NCBI RefSeq assembly: GCF_006345805.1
Contig: NC_043015.1
Coordinates: forward strand, 51,832,001 to 51,896,000
Reading direction: 5' to 3'
Length of the DNA: 64,000 bases
DNA from: Octopus sinensis
Taxonomy: Eukaryota
Made by a program: the position numbers and the translations under genes. Under the pieces are notes generated by a model. That model was not told where the DNA came from. It did no database searches and was given only the letters and a program-made list of their open reading frames with translations. Each line of letters starts with the position of its first letter. The first letter of the stretch is position 1. Shown piece after piece: positions 42,496-55,170 of this stretch.

Positions 42496-43514
42496 TATAT
42501 ATATATATATATATATATTACAGGTACACAATTCTTTATCCAAAAATTTAAAATCCGGAAAGCCCCCAAAACCGAGCTTTTTTGTGGAGGATGGAGCGCG
42601 TCATAACAGGGGTCGTTTGGTGGGCAAACAACTGACCACTGTGACCTGACTCACTCATGTATGACGTAGCAGCACTTAGCCGGTCGGTCGCCACTTATCG
42701 CCAAGCGTCAGGTGTGGCTCAGCACTCGCAAATAGAAGACGTCAATATGCTGCTTGCTGTCTTCGTGTCGTTTCTTTTGACTATGTATATAGTTTACCCT
42801 GAAAATGTCAAAAGAGCAGCAGATGCTCCAAAGGATAACAGTGAGAAAAAGAAAAGGAAGCATCATTATCAATAACGTAGAAAGTGGGGCTACTACAGAA
42901 ACTTGATCGTTGTGTTTTTGTGCGGCGGTTCGCTGAAGAATATGGTGCTTGAACGAGCACTGTGTATGACTGATAGAAACAGAGAGACAAATAATTGAGA
43001 GTGATGATCTCAAACTAATGGAAAATAGGAAAACACTATATGGGGTAAAGAATGAAGATCTTGGTCGTGTGATGATAGAATGGATTTGACAACAAAGAAA
43101 GGACCAAATGCCATTGGATGGTTTGTTTGTCATGAAATAAACTAGAATATATCATAAAGAATTGAACATTGAAGGAGAGTGTTAATATTCGGATGGTTGG
43201 ATGTAGAAACTTAAGAAGCGTCATGATGGAAAATATCTGAAAAATCTGTTCGCTGTTAAGGATGACATCTACTCAGTTGCGAATGTTTGGAATGATGCTG
43301 ATAAGTCAACAGTAACTAATGCCTGGCACAGAATTTGGTCTATAATGATGTTTGATGAAAACGACCCTAGAGACAACTAATCCGGAGGATTTCGTGACAC
43401 GAATGAGATGATATCAAAACTCGTAGCTTATACGTTTTCAAAAACTTTTTTCACTTCTTTTTTCTTCCTATGTTTCCTTTTTATTTCTTTTCGTTTCTTT
43501 TTCCTCTTCATTTC

Positions 43515-44201
43515 CTTCGAACGGCAGCGCGGCAACGGGGGAGCGCGGCGCACGCACGGCCACGCCAACCCGGTCCTCGGAGCCAATCCTTCTTCCGAAG
43601 GTACGGATACACTTTGCCGACTTCTCTTACCTACGTTGGCGTTATCGACGAGAGGCAGTACACCTTGGAGACCTGCTGTGGATGGTGGTGGTGGGTACGG
43701 ACCGACTCGAGGGCTGCGAATCGTTACGGACCCGGATTTTCCAGGGCCGCCGAGAGCGCACTGGACGCCGCCCGAGACGCGGTGCTCTACAGGCACCATA
43801 TCCGTATCTCCAGACGAGCCGATTCCACTGACGTGGTCCTTTACGAAGAAGACAGAACACTTCCCGGAGCTCCCAGCAACATCTCCGGACTCGCTTGCGT
43901 TGCCGCTGCTTCGCCCGACCGCCGGCTTCGACGACGGAGGCGCTGCTAGGTGCACGCCGCGTTACCGCCGCAGGACGGACACTCTCCGAGTTCGGGTTCG
44001 GGAATATTAACCGGATTCCCTTTCGATGCGAGGCTGGCCGCTTGCTCGTTCGCTCACTACGACAACAACGACGGATCCGGTGCCTTTTGTGGAAGCTATC
44101 GCCCGCTTCTTAGGACCGACTGACCCGTGCTCGACGGCCGTTGACACGGACCCTTTCTCCTCTTCGGTCTTCGAAGGTCTCGTTCGAATATTTGCTACTA
44201 C
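43515..44201 (-). pseudogene. 28S (LSU) rRNA fragment, D7 region to the start of D8
   Basis: Conserved LSU blocks on the minus strand: gtagtagcaaatattc, gggtcagtcggtcctaag, cgaaagggaatccggttaatattcc, cagcaggtctccaaggtg, gtaggtaagagaagtcggcaa, aaggattggctc. GC-rich island in AT-rich surroundings. Confidence 0.95.
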
Positions 44202-44477
44202 AAAAGTTTATCGTGTGGAAGTGTAAGGGATCTAGAAGAAGCGACGTTGAAGAAATGTTAAACATTGTCAATGATGCATTTGTTATGCATTCCTTGAATG
44301 ATAGGGAAATTGCTGAAATGGCTTTAATTATGGATAAGAATGAAAGCAGTAGTGACGATGACATAGAGGATACAGGTGAAAACGTTGTTATAGACAATAT
44401 GGTGAAAAATTTGTGATCAGTTACTGGCTAGCCTTCAGCAACGTGTATTTATCAGTAAACAATAGACTATGGGAGTT

Positions 44478-44809
44478 TAAAGGGAAAGTTTACGAAAATA
44501 AACAAAAGACGAAGGCAGGTGGAGTACAAACAAACAAATGTATTAGTATAGCGCTCAGGAATAGAAAAAAGTTTTTTACGTTTCGAGCCTAAGCTCTTCG
44601 ACAGAAAGATACACAGAAATAAAAACAAAGAGAGAAAAAAATGCGTGTAGGAGCTAACGATCTATCATGGCTTGATCTTATGTTCTACCACTACCAACTC
44701 TTACCTTTCCTCGACGGACACTACCTCTCCATTGGACTTTTTTACCTCTAAGGGCACCTACCCTCTGGCTGCACCTCTCCTACACGGATCAAAGTGCCTT
44801 TGTTATTGA
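44478..44809 (-). mobile_element. HHR-like element family E inserted in the Tigger, 10-bp TSD
   Basis: TSD TATGGGAGTT at 44468-44477 and 44810-44819; CTTT-CTGTCGA-A-GAGC(TTAG)GCTC-GAAA-CG-TA on the minus strand at 44572-44608. Confidence 0.82.
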
Positions 44810-45902
44810 TATGGGAGTTAACTCAATAATAGAGACATTTTTTAGAGAGAAAGCTTTGCTAATGAGACAGATGGCACTTGAAAAAGTCTTTAAAATACCC
44901 TCTCTCGTGGTTCTACTTCCTCATATGAGAATCTCGTTCCTGGCCTATCAATGATGGTTTGCCTGCAACCCGATGACGACGTCGGTGACTCTGACAGACT
45001 CTGTTCTACAACTTAATTACAGCTACATATTTAGTCTAGTTTGAACCAATCTATGGGTCTCGCATATAAATAAACTGTTATACCATTTGTAGTCTTTCCT
45101 TATTCAAATTAGTGCGAATACTTATGCGTCTCTCTAGAGAAATATTATAGTAATGTGTATATCCGTACTTGTGGATCATATATTTTTGCTTTAAATTATC
45201 CCAATATATATATTTTGTTATTTGTGATATTAATTATCTCACGATTTCCTTTACTGGTGTATTACTCTACAAATATTTATTTTATGCAACTAATTGTGAG
45301 TACGTATACATGTGTTTTTGTTATCGTAGTAGGACGTGTGTTTTGATATCTAGCTTACAGTCTCATTATCTCGGTTTTGTTCTAAAATCCGAAAAGATCC
45401 GAAATTCAGAATATAATTCTCTCCAAGGGTTGTGTAATTCTGTATATGTTTTTACCTTAATTTTCCGTTAAGTTAAGAGCAACAAAACGAGTATTCCATC
45501 TGGTGAGAAATAAATATTGTTTAATGTCCACAGTATAGAATTATGAGGTACTCATGGCATCATACATTGAAGATATTATCTAAGCAGGCTTTAAATTACA
45601 CGCACTGCCATTAAGTAGTCCGCGGACTCGAGCACAAGGCCTATATGAGCTACAAATCAGAATATTAGAGCATCAGTAATATTGTCCAATTGTCTTTGTT
45701 TGTAACCGCCAAAAGCCATGGGCTCAGAGCCCGGAGATTACTTGAAGACAATATGCATCTTATTAAAACCTTGGTAGATAGTATCTCCACCGTATGGAAC
45801 TATTAGTAGCTCACAACGATTTACTGTGTGCATTAGACAATATATACGTTTATATAAATACACACAAACATATACATACGTGCGCATGTTTCATGTATAT
45901 GC

Positions 45903-45974
<72 letters not shown>

Positions 45975-46376
45975 TGTATGTATATGTATAGGAATATATG
46001 CATATATGGATCTATATAGTTATATTTATGTACACCAAGTTTATACGTATATCCATATATACAAAAACAAATATTTATATACACCTGTATGTATATGCCT
46101 TGGGCATCAATATATGGCCATTCAAACTTGCACATAAATATATAAAAATAATAATAAAAAAAAACAACTACGTGGTTTTCACAGAAGATGAATCGATAAA
46201 TTGAGAAGTAGGTTGACTGCATTTGTTAGTACAATATTTTAGTTCACATAAAGCAGCACATCACTTATGTAGACAAATTTTTACCTTACACACACACGCA
46301 TGCACACACACGACACTGTCATACCTTCATATATATATGTGTGTATATATATTATATATATGTATATATATATATG

Positions 46377-46440
<64 letters not shown>

Positions 46441-46604
46441 TGATATACATATATATATTTGTTTATATATATATATATTTATATTGATATACATGTATAT
46501 ATTGTTTATATATATATATATATACATACATCTATTCATATACATATATGTACATACATATATAGATATATACATATATACATATATATATTCATATGCC
46601 TATA

Positions 46605-46657
<53 letters not shown>

Positions 46658-47639
46658 TATTTACCTATGCGTGCGTGTTTGCGCATGGGTTTAGCTAAAT
46701 ACACAAAGTAAATATTTACTCGATATTCATGGATGTATCTTTTTTAGCTTCTGTATCTCTTTTCCCTCCCTCTTATTACAACTTCCTCGTTAATAAACGT
46801 CACACATTATACAAAGCTTTACACCTACATACCTACAAATACATAATTATTCACAAACACACACACACACACACGACCACATATACACACAATACCACAT
46901 ATACACAGAAGACCACATATACACACAAACGTATGCATGCCTGTACACGGGCAGTCGTACTCATATACAGGTTTTTAAAAGCACCAAGGTTTCAGTAATG
47001 TGTTTATATTTCGTGTACGACGTATCATTAAAATTACAGGTCCGTACGCAGTAGCGATTGCAATAATACAAAGAGCATTAGTCTATCGCAGTTACACATT
47101 ATCTTGCATTACTTTACATTGACTTTTGTAAGAAAATCACTGCTCTGTAAACACAGAGAAGATATGTATTGGAAATCGCATTAGGAGATGCTTCAGCTTA
47201 ACCAATAAAGCATCTTCACGTTGGTATTTTTGTCATTCTCGTTGAAGCTACGCATGGCTAAGCAATATGCAGAGTTCTAATTGTTCCTAGTTCTCCCGCG
47301 ACTCTGCATTAATCGCTCAATGGCCAACATTTCAATGTTATTCTTTTCATAAGGTAATTCTTTATTCTGTTATTTTTATTATTTTTTTTATTTTCTTGCA
47401 GAAACAGAGGCCAGGTGTTTGGACGTAAGCACCGCAGATGAATGCGTTTTCTGCATACAAGAAAGAAAAGAACAATAAAAAAACAAAACAAACAGAAAGA
47501 AAACCAAGCAACAAAAAAAATACGAATGAAAATGTTATGGAGAAAAAAGAACTTATAAATAACGAAAATAAGATAAATAATATATAGTAATACCAAAATA
47601 AATAAAAACACCAAATAAATAAATATGAAATAAAAAGCA

Positions 47640-47770
47640 GATCATGGAGTTCGCAGCAGCGGTAAGCTGGAAGAAATAATTACCGGAAAGATTTATCCAC
47701 ATCGTTCTTCCATTGGTCGAAATATTCTCAAAGATGGCCGACGTCTGCCCGAAGGCTGAAGTTATGTATT
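47640..47770. promoter_or_regulatory. Possible promoter or first-exon region
   Basis: CpG-containing unique patch with YY1-like AAGATGGCCG (47731-47740); minus-strand donor ccg|gtaatt near 47683 and a long polypyrimidine acceptor ending near 47451. Confidence 0.25.
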
Positions 47771-47894
47771 GTAAACGGTTTTCAACAGCGTTTTGATGCA
47801 AATTCGTGTTCTTATAACTAACGAAACGAGGAACCGAAGTATTTCTTTGACAATAGATACCAAATACAAGTAGCGGAGAAGCTGCTATAGAATT

Positions 47895-48099
47895 TTAACG
47901 GTGTCTAGAAAAGGAGCTTTATCTTTTAAGGTGTTTGCGTGTGAGCTTTCGTACATACTCTAACTCTATAATCTTTTATGTATACGCATATACGTATGTA
48001 TATATGTATATATATATATCATATATATATAAATATATATATGGATATATATATATATGGATATATATATATATATGGATATATATATATAGGATATAT

Positions 48100-48140
<41 letters not shown>

Positions 48141-48258
48141 ATATATACAACATATATACATAAGTATATGCGTATACATAAAAGATTATAGAGTTAGAGT
48201 ATGTACGAAAGCTCACATGCAAACACCTTAAAAGATAAAGCTCCTTTTCAAGACACCG

Positions 48259-48262
<4 letters not shown>
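47895..48262. repeat. Inverted repeat with ~115-bp arms around a (TA)n spacer
   Basis: ttaacggtgtctagaaaaggagc... vs ...gctccttttcaagacaccgttaa, few mismatches. Confidence 0.95.
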
Positions 48263-48299
<37 letters not shown>

Positions 48300-48520
48300 C
48301 ATACATACATATAATATGTATACACACACATATATATTATATAGATGATATGTATACAGACATGCATATAGATATAGATATAGATAAATATATATACATA
48401 CATATAAATAAATTTATATATATATTAATATATATATATATATAAGATTTTATAGTTTGCTTGAAGCATTGTATATGGAATATAACATTGAAAGATGTAA
48501 AACGCACCAAACAATGCAAA

Positions 48521-48844
48521 TAGATCTTAAGATGACGTAACGTAAGCTAAAATTAAGTTACCTGGTAATCGTAGGTCGCATATGTATCCAATATTTAGGC
48601 ACATACTAGTACCTTCGTTTCTCCTTGGAAAGGTGTTTTTTCTTGGAGATAAAATAGCCCATTTGAAAATATCGCGCTTGAAAATTCAAATATTATCATA
48701 GAATTGTTTTATCTCCGACCCAAAAAATATTTTCAAGGACAGACGAAGAAAGGGACTTTTATGTCCCGAAATATTGGATACATATACGACCAAAGATTAC
48801 CAGGTAATTTACTTTTAGTTTACGTTACCTCATCTTAAAATCTA
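48521..48844. repeat. Degenerate ~320-bp palindrome with decayed HHR-like motif
   Basis: tagatcttaagatga...ccaatattt mirrors aaatattgg...tcatcttaaaatcta. Right arm has GAAGA-AA-GGGAC(TTTTAT)GTCCC-GAAA-TATT (48745-48775). Confidence 0.85.
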
Positions 48845-48991
48845 ATATATATATATATATATATATATCATGTTATATGTCTGTGCTGTCTGTACATACA
48901 CACACACACACACACGCATATATATACATATGTAGTATGTACGCGTATCTATATATGCATGTCTATATATGTATACGTATATATGTATATA

Positions 48992-49114
48992 CACTAATCC
49001 GTCGTTATCGTGGGTTTTACGTTCCAAAACCTTCCACAGAGATAATTAAAATCTGAAAAAAAAATATAAATACCGATCGGCCGTAGAAACCCGTGATATA
49101 CTGAGGGGACCGTG
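48992..49114. mobile_element. Small Tigger-like MITE remnant
   Basis: cactaatccgtcgttatcgtggg...cccgtgatatactgaggggaccgtg form degenerate TIRs. Confidence 0.4.
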
Positions 49115-49271
49115 AAATAAATTTACATATATTATACCAAAATATATGATGTAATGTGTGCGCGGTAAGTGAATCGTGATATGGTGAGAGAGTAATGTAT
49201 GTATATATATACGTACATAATATATAAACATATCTATCTCTCTCTCACTCTCTCTCTCTCTCTCTATATAA

Positions 49272-49322
<51 letters not shown>

Positions 49323-49426
49323 CATCGCAATCCTTAATATTTATGTAAACTTTGTTGGGTACTTCACTAGCAGTATATTGGATATATGTTATCCCATGGA
49401 GGGTTGCATTACAACCCCTATCTCAA

Positions 49427-49482
<56 letters not shown>

Positions 49483-49949
49483 CACAAAGAGGCTTGCACA
49501 CATAATTGCAAACACACACACACACACAGAATATAACAGCACGTACGTCCATTCACAGACTTACAGGCAGACAAACAGAAGCATCTAGAAATGCAAGCGC
49601 ACGCTCGCACATACACCTATATATTTGCATACACAGCACAACTGTACGAAGGCATATGAGAATGATCATGAAACTATGGAAATGAGGCAATGTCATTTGG
49701 CATGCAGCTGTACCATGCATGTGATAACGGCCATCGAAAATATATTCATGGTAGACAAATCATGTTACGCTAACCATTGAAGAGTTAAGCGATTGTGGAG
49801 TTGGGGTGGTAGTGGTGGTGGTGGTGGTGGTGTTGTTGGTGGTGGTGGTGGTGGGGTCGTGGTGGTGATTCCGTTGCTTATTTGTTTTTTTTTTCTTTAT
49901 TACACAGATAATACTTCTAATCTTCTTTAACTAGAGGCTTGCCTGGTGG

Positions 49950-49972
49950 TATATATATATATATATATATAG

Positions 49973-50015
<43 letters not shown>

Positions 50016-50205
50016 TTCATATATATACACATACACCACCATACACATACATATACATATACATACATATATATGCATACATATATATATATATACATAC
50101 ATATACAGACATAAATATATATATATACATATATATGTATATACATACATATATATGTAAATATACATATATACATATATATATGCAAATATATATATTA
50201 CACGC

Positions 50206-50248
<43 letters not shown>

Positions 50249-50811
50249 GTGCCACGTGTATGCGTGTGCGTCTGTATGTTATATGTATATATGTATATAT
50301 ATTATATATATTCATATATATGCATATTATATATATATATATACATGCACACGCACACACACACACACATATATGTGTGTGTGTGTGTGTGTTTGCGAGT
50401 GTGTGCATAATTACATCTATTTACACACGCACTCACAATTATGTGTCTTTACACTAATGTATGAACATATCTATATACGTCTGCGTATGTATGTATTTAC
50501 GTATGTATATATGCAAGTATGTATTTATTATATAGATACTGGTGACATGGCTTCGAATGCAAGAACATATTATACCATTCTGAAGATTACCTGAACATAA
50601 TTCTGGAAAACTCTAACGATCCAAACTGAATAAGTTTTGGACAAAAGACGAAAAATGCTTCCATTTTTCGCATTGAAATGAAAACAAATATCGGAAACCT
50701 CCTTAATACTCTTCATTAAACCACAATTCTCATCGGGTTTTTTGTCTTTCCATTCAATAGCATTTAAGTTTTTGTTACTCTTGTTGTAATTGTTGTTGTC
50801 GTCGTTATTAC

Positions 50812-50874
<63 letters not shown>

Positions 50875-51272
50875 TGCGATCGAGAGCTCCGTGATTCGAC
50901 AATCCCATGTTAATATATCGCACGGGATTCTACCGCCGTCGCCGTTACACCCACCACCACCACCACCACCACCACCACTACCACTGCTGCCACCACCACT
51001 ACTGCCGCCGCTCTCCACCACTACTGCGTTTGCCGCCACCACCACCATCACCACTACCACCAGCACCAGCAGCACCACCACCACCAATCCCCATTATCAT
51101 CAACATCGTCGTCGTCGTTACCATCATTATCATCATCGTCGTCGTGATCATCATCATCATCACCATCATCATCACCATCATCCTCATCATCATCATCATC
51201 ATCATCAGTATCAGAAAAATTATGACCAAACGGATTATCGTATTTGACTACAAGAGAATATATATCATCAGC

Positions 51273-51359
<87 letters not shown>

Positions 51360-51360
51360 G
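49950..51360. repeat. Microsatellite-rich block: (TA)n, (ATT)n, (CAC)n, (CAT)n, (CT)n, (CA)n
   Basis: Directly visible; interrupted by short unique sequence at 50410-50780. Confidence 0.85.
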
Positions 51361-52269
51361 CACACGCTATTCAGGTTTACACTGAAATGCGTCCAAATTC
51401 CTTAAACGCATCGAATACTTTGTGACAATTTCCCTATGGTTGTTTCTTTTATTAAAGCCGCATATTATTAGCTTGTCAATTTTCAAAAGGTTTCATTCGC
51501 TAACTTTGGACTTGGGAACATTTGAACATCATTATCTCATGCTATTTCCAAGACCCGTAAACCATACATTTTCTATTTGCCAACATATTTATTTATTTAT
51601 TTATGTATTTGTTGATCTATTTTCTTTTTTTTTTTTGTGTATGTTAGTTGATAATGTGTTTGTAGTTCATTCATAGAAATGATATTAACCCGTTTCTCAA
51701 TACACACATTCAGGGTTACATTAAACTCAGTACAGATTATTGTATCGCAAGATTTCCATTTATTTTCCAATGTATATTCCTCGTAATATAACAAACATAT
51801 GGCGAACGACATACACCGTAGTAACATGAAGCCAACTGCCGCATTGATTCTATTCAAAATGTTACTATTTGACCAATGCAGTGTTGGGGAAATATCATTA
51901 TCGTTATTATTCGTGTTTGTTAAAGCGGCCAAATCGGCAGAAGCTCTATATATATTTCTATAAAAATGGTTCTACGGTACATTCCCTTCACCGATAGTAC
52001 GTAGGAAACCTTTATGATACAGTCAGCTTTTACAGTTATAGCAGATTTCGTCATGTAACAAACAGCGTTAATGAAAATGGCGATTAACGACAGATTTACA
52101 CACAGAAGGCTCAGGAACACATTTGATTCTGTTCAATCCGCTCTCTTACACTTCTAAGAAAAATACTCCTCTGTATTCTGAATTTGAAATATTCTTATAC
52201 TTGGTTTTACTTTTCTTCAAATTTCTCCTTCTTTGATGATGTTATATATCTTCGTGCGTGCGTATTTAT

Positions 52270-52460
52270 CCCTGCCTTTGTTCCCCATCACCGCTTGGCA
52301 ACCTAGATAATGGTGTATATAGGTTCTCATAACTTAGCGCTCCGGCAAAAATGACCGACATGACAGGCATCAGAACAAGTACTATTTTAAAAACAAAATA
52401 CTGGGGTCTAATAGTTCAGCTAAAATTCTAGTACTCCAGCATGGCCTCTGTCATTGGACT
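52270..52460 (+). mobile_element. SINE family A 3' half (diverged)
   Basis: taacttagcgctccggcaaaa...ctccagcatggcc. Confidence 0.7.
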
Positions 52461-52759
52461 TCAACCATACTTGGACACATCTTCACTTTTACTAATTTGT
52501 TCGTGAAGGCGTGTAGCCTGGTGGTTTTGGTGCTGCACACACGACCGTAAGATACTGAATTATATCAGGTTTCCATTCATCGTTGTTGATTTCGCTTAGC
52601 TTAAAGAATAAATCTGCTGCGAATCGAACACTGGAGTTCTACTTATATAGATAAAAATGTTACCTTTTCTTGATTATGCACAATTTCAAATTTATGGCGA
52701 TTCAATCATTACCTTGTCAGTAATTATTTTTAAAGGCTTTGCAATATACTATCGAATGA

Positions 52760-52880
52760 AGATGTGTGAAATAGTGATTAAGGCGTTGCACTCACGATCG
52801 AAAGATCATGGTTTCGATTCCCAGATCGGGCAAGGCGTTGCCTTCTGAAGCAAATCATTTCCTTTCATGTTGTTCCAATA
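52760..52880 (+). mobile_element. SINE family C head (diverged)
   Basis: tagtgattaaggcgttgcactcacgatcg...ggtttcgattcccaga. Confidence 0.6.
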
Positions 52881-53007
52881 CAGTCAGAAGTAAATACAAA
52901 ACCTGTGACGGACACGCGGAAGGTATTCGGGGAAAATGGTTGAGATGTCGTTCACTTATACGCCAAGGAAACAAAGTAACCTGCCTAAGTTCGAGGGACC
53001 AATAGAG

Positions 53008-53041
<34 letters not shown>

Positions 53042-53650
53042 AAAACACACATACGCGCACGAATTGAGTAAAGTGTATATGTGTGTATTAATCTGTGTGT
53101 GTTTATCTGTGTGTATGTGTGTGTGTTGTGTATGTGTATGTGTGTGTATGTGTGTATACATGTGTGCGCAGGTGCGCCTGTGTGTATATGTGTGTATGTA
53201 TGTAAGTATGTGTTCGTGTGTGTGTGTGTGTGTGTGCATGTGTGTTTGTGTGCGTACGTGTGCGTGTGTTTCTCACCATACAACTACGCCTTAGGCCTTT
53301 TCTAATATTTACAAGCAACGTAGGCATCTGAAAAAACATTTTCTTCAACACTCGCATTCATAAAACCGATTATTCGATTTCCATGACTTGTAGGTGACTG
53401 AGATCAGAAGAATGCCATTGAACAGGACACCCATCCATTGCAGGGTTCGAAGTCTGCAGTTTTTAAGAAGATGGCGATATCGATTACTTTGAAATCAATG
53501 CTAAACAGGTACCTTATTTTACTGAGACTGAAGAGATTAAAGTCTTCGTTGACCTCTGCAAGATTTCAGTTCAGAATGTAAAGAACCATAGAAACACCGT
53601 CAAGCATCAAGTTCAACGTGCGAAAGATTCTTTTCTACTATAGGCACGAT

Positions 53651-53979
53651 AATACAGATAAGAGATGAGGAATTATGTACGTTATTTACATTATTTACAT
53701 TGGACGGCTATTCGTCCTCATCGTGTTTGTTGTTAATACAACGTTTCGGCTGATATACCCTCCAGCCATTCATCAGGTGACTTGGGGAAATTTTAAACCT
53801 GGCTTCTCATTCCTAAGATATTTTTCGATGTTATTATTACTATTATTATTATTATTATTATTATTATTCCGGTCATTGCCTGGAATCGAACTCGGAATCT
53901 TGGGGTTAGTAGCCCGCACTCTTAACCACTACGCCATATGAGGACAAATATCCGTCAAATGTAAATAATATAAATAATG
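53651..53979 (-). mobile_element. tRNA-headed SINE carrying an HHR, with inverted 5' segment and 12-bp TSD
   Basis: TSD TATAGGCACGAT (53639-53650, 53980-53991); A box TGGCGTAGTGG (53936-53926); B box GAGTTCGATTCC (53893-53882); (AAT)n; HHR motif; inverted repeat 53678-53721/53938-53981. Confidence 0.82.
53737..53780 (-). ncRNA. Minimal type I hammerhead ribozyme motif
   Basis: AC-CTGATGA-AT-GGCTG(GAGGGTATAT)CAGCC-GAAA-CG-TT-GT: canonical core, perfect 5-bp stem II, AACGTT palindrome; stem I is weak in this copy. Confidence 0.6.
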
Positions 53980-54805
53980 TATAGGCACGATGCCTGAAAT
54001 TTGGGGGAGGAAGAGTGTCGATTACATCGACCCCAGTACGTAACTGGTACTTAATTTATTGACCCTGAAAGGATGAAAACGCAAAGTCGACATCGGCGGA
54101 ATTTGAACTCAGTACATAGCGGCAGACGAAATACCTATTTCCTTACTACCCACAAGGGGCTAAACACAGAGAGGACAAACAAGGACAGACAAACGGATTA
54201 AGTCGATTATATTGACCCCAGTGCGTAGCTGGTACTTAATTTATCGACCCCGAAAGGATGAAAGGCAAAGTCGACCTCGGCGGTATTTGAACTCAGAACA
54301 AAATTTGAACGCAGACAAAATACTGCTAAGCATTTCGCCCGGCGTGATAACGTTTCTGCCAGCTCACCGCCTTGATATACTGACCGAATCGCTATGAATT
54401 TGAATGTATGCATAATCAAACGAAATCGCCATATTTGCCCGGTTCAGTAAATTCCAGGTTTTGATTCCTTGCAGACTTATTCCTAAAACTAAGGGAAATC
54501 AATAGAAAGATTATTATTTCTTATTACAATCTCCGTTTAAATCCATCGAATAATAAATACGAACGGAAACAGTATTTCAGATATGTGGCGGCAGACATGC
54601 AAATAATGGCTGTAAAGCACCAAACTAGATGCCTTATAGCATAGGTTTTCAAAGTAGGCGCTGCAACCCTCCGGTGGGCGCTGGTGCCTAATGGGGTGGT
54701 GGAGGGGCGGTAGAGAAAAAAGGAGGCTTTGGGAGGAAGGCAGTGGATTGGGGGAAAGATTTGAATATATAATATTTTTATAGTATTGTATACAAATTAT
54801 ATACT

Positions 54806-55034
54806 TACTCTCTCTCTTACTTGTTTCAGTCATTTGACTGTGGTCATGCTGGAGCACCGCCTTTAGTCGAGCAAATCGACCCAAGGACGTATTCTTCGTA
54901 AGCCTAGTACTTACTCTATCGGTCTTTTTTGCTGAATCGCCAAGTTACGGGGACGTAAACACACACCAGCATCGGTTGTCAAGCGATGTTGGGGGGACAA
55001 ACACAGATTACAAACACACACACACACACACACA

Positions 55035-55079
<45 letters not shown>

Positions 55080-55170
55080 TGCGACGGGCTTCTTTCAGTT
55101 TCTCTCTACCAAATCCACTCACAAAGCTTTGGTTGGCCCGAGGCTTTGGTAGAATACACTTGCCCAGATA
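54806..55170 (-). mobile_element. SINE family A lacking the tRNA head
   Basis: Near-consensus 3' body; ends at acacttgcccag. Confidence 0.92.

Larger units (their letters stand above)
42521..45442 (+). mobile_element. Tigger/pogo DNA transposon, degraded, DDE domain deleted, two nested insertions
   Basis: TA-CAG...CTG-TA ends with imperfect TIRs (caggtacacaattcttt / aagggttgtgtaattctg). Broken ORF from 42806: MSKRAAD..KKKRKH..LLQKLD..EYG..STVYD, EDLGRVMIEWI, YSDGWM*KLKKRH (CENP-B-type HTH), VTNAWHRIW, LMRQMALEKVFK. Confidence 0.88.
53450..54373 (-). mobile_element. Three tandem SINE family B copies; the middle one is interrupted by a tRNA-HHR element, the last has an alternative 3' tail
   Basis: Family B body recurs at about 53480, 54020 and 54200. 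Tail 54136-54200 differs from the usual one. Confidence 0.85.

Noticed and set aside
43408-44010. 200-aa GC-rich ORF and overlapping ORFs
   Set aside because: They overlap the 28S rRNA fragment and arise from its high GC content.
43515-44201. Functional rDNA locus
   Set aside because: Only ~0.7 kb of 28S, with no 18S, 5.8S or ITS, and nested inside a transposon.
42210-44670. Composite transposon bounded by inverted family E copies around the 28S fragment
   Set aside because: The right copy has its own TSD inside the Tigger, which continues to 45442; the left copy lies outside the Tigger TIR. These are independent insertions.
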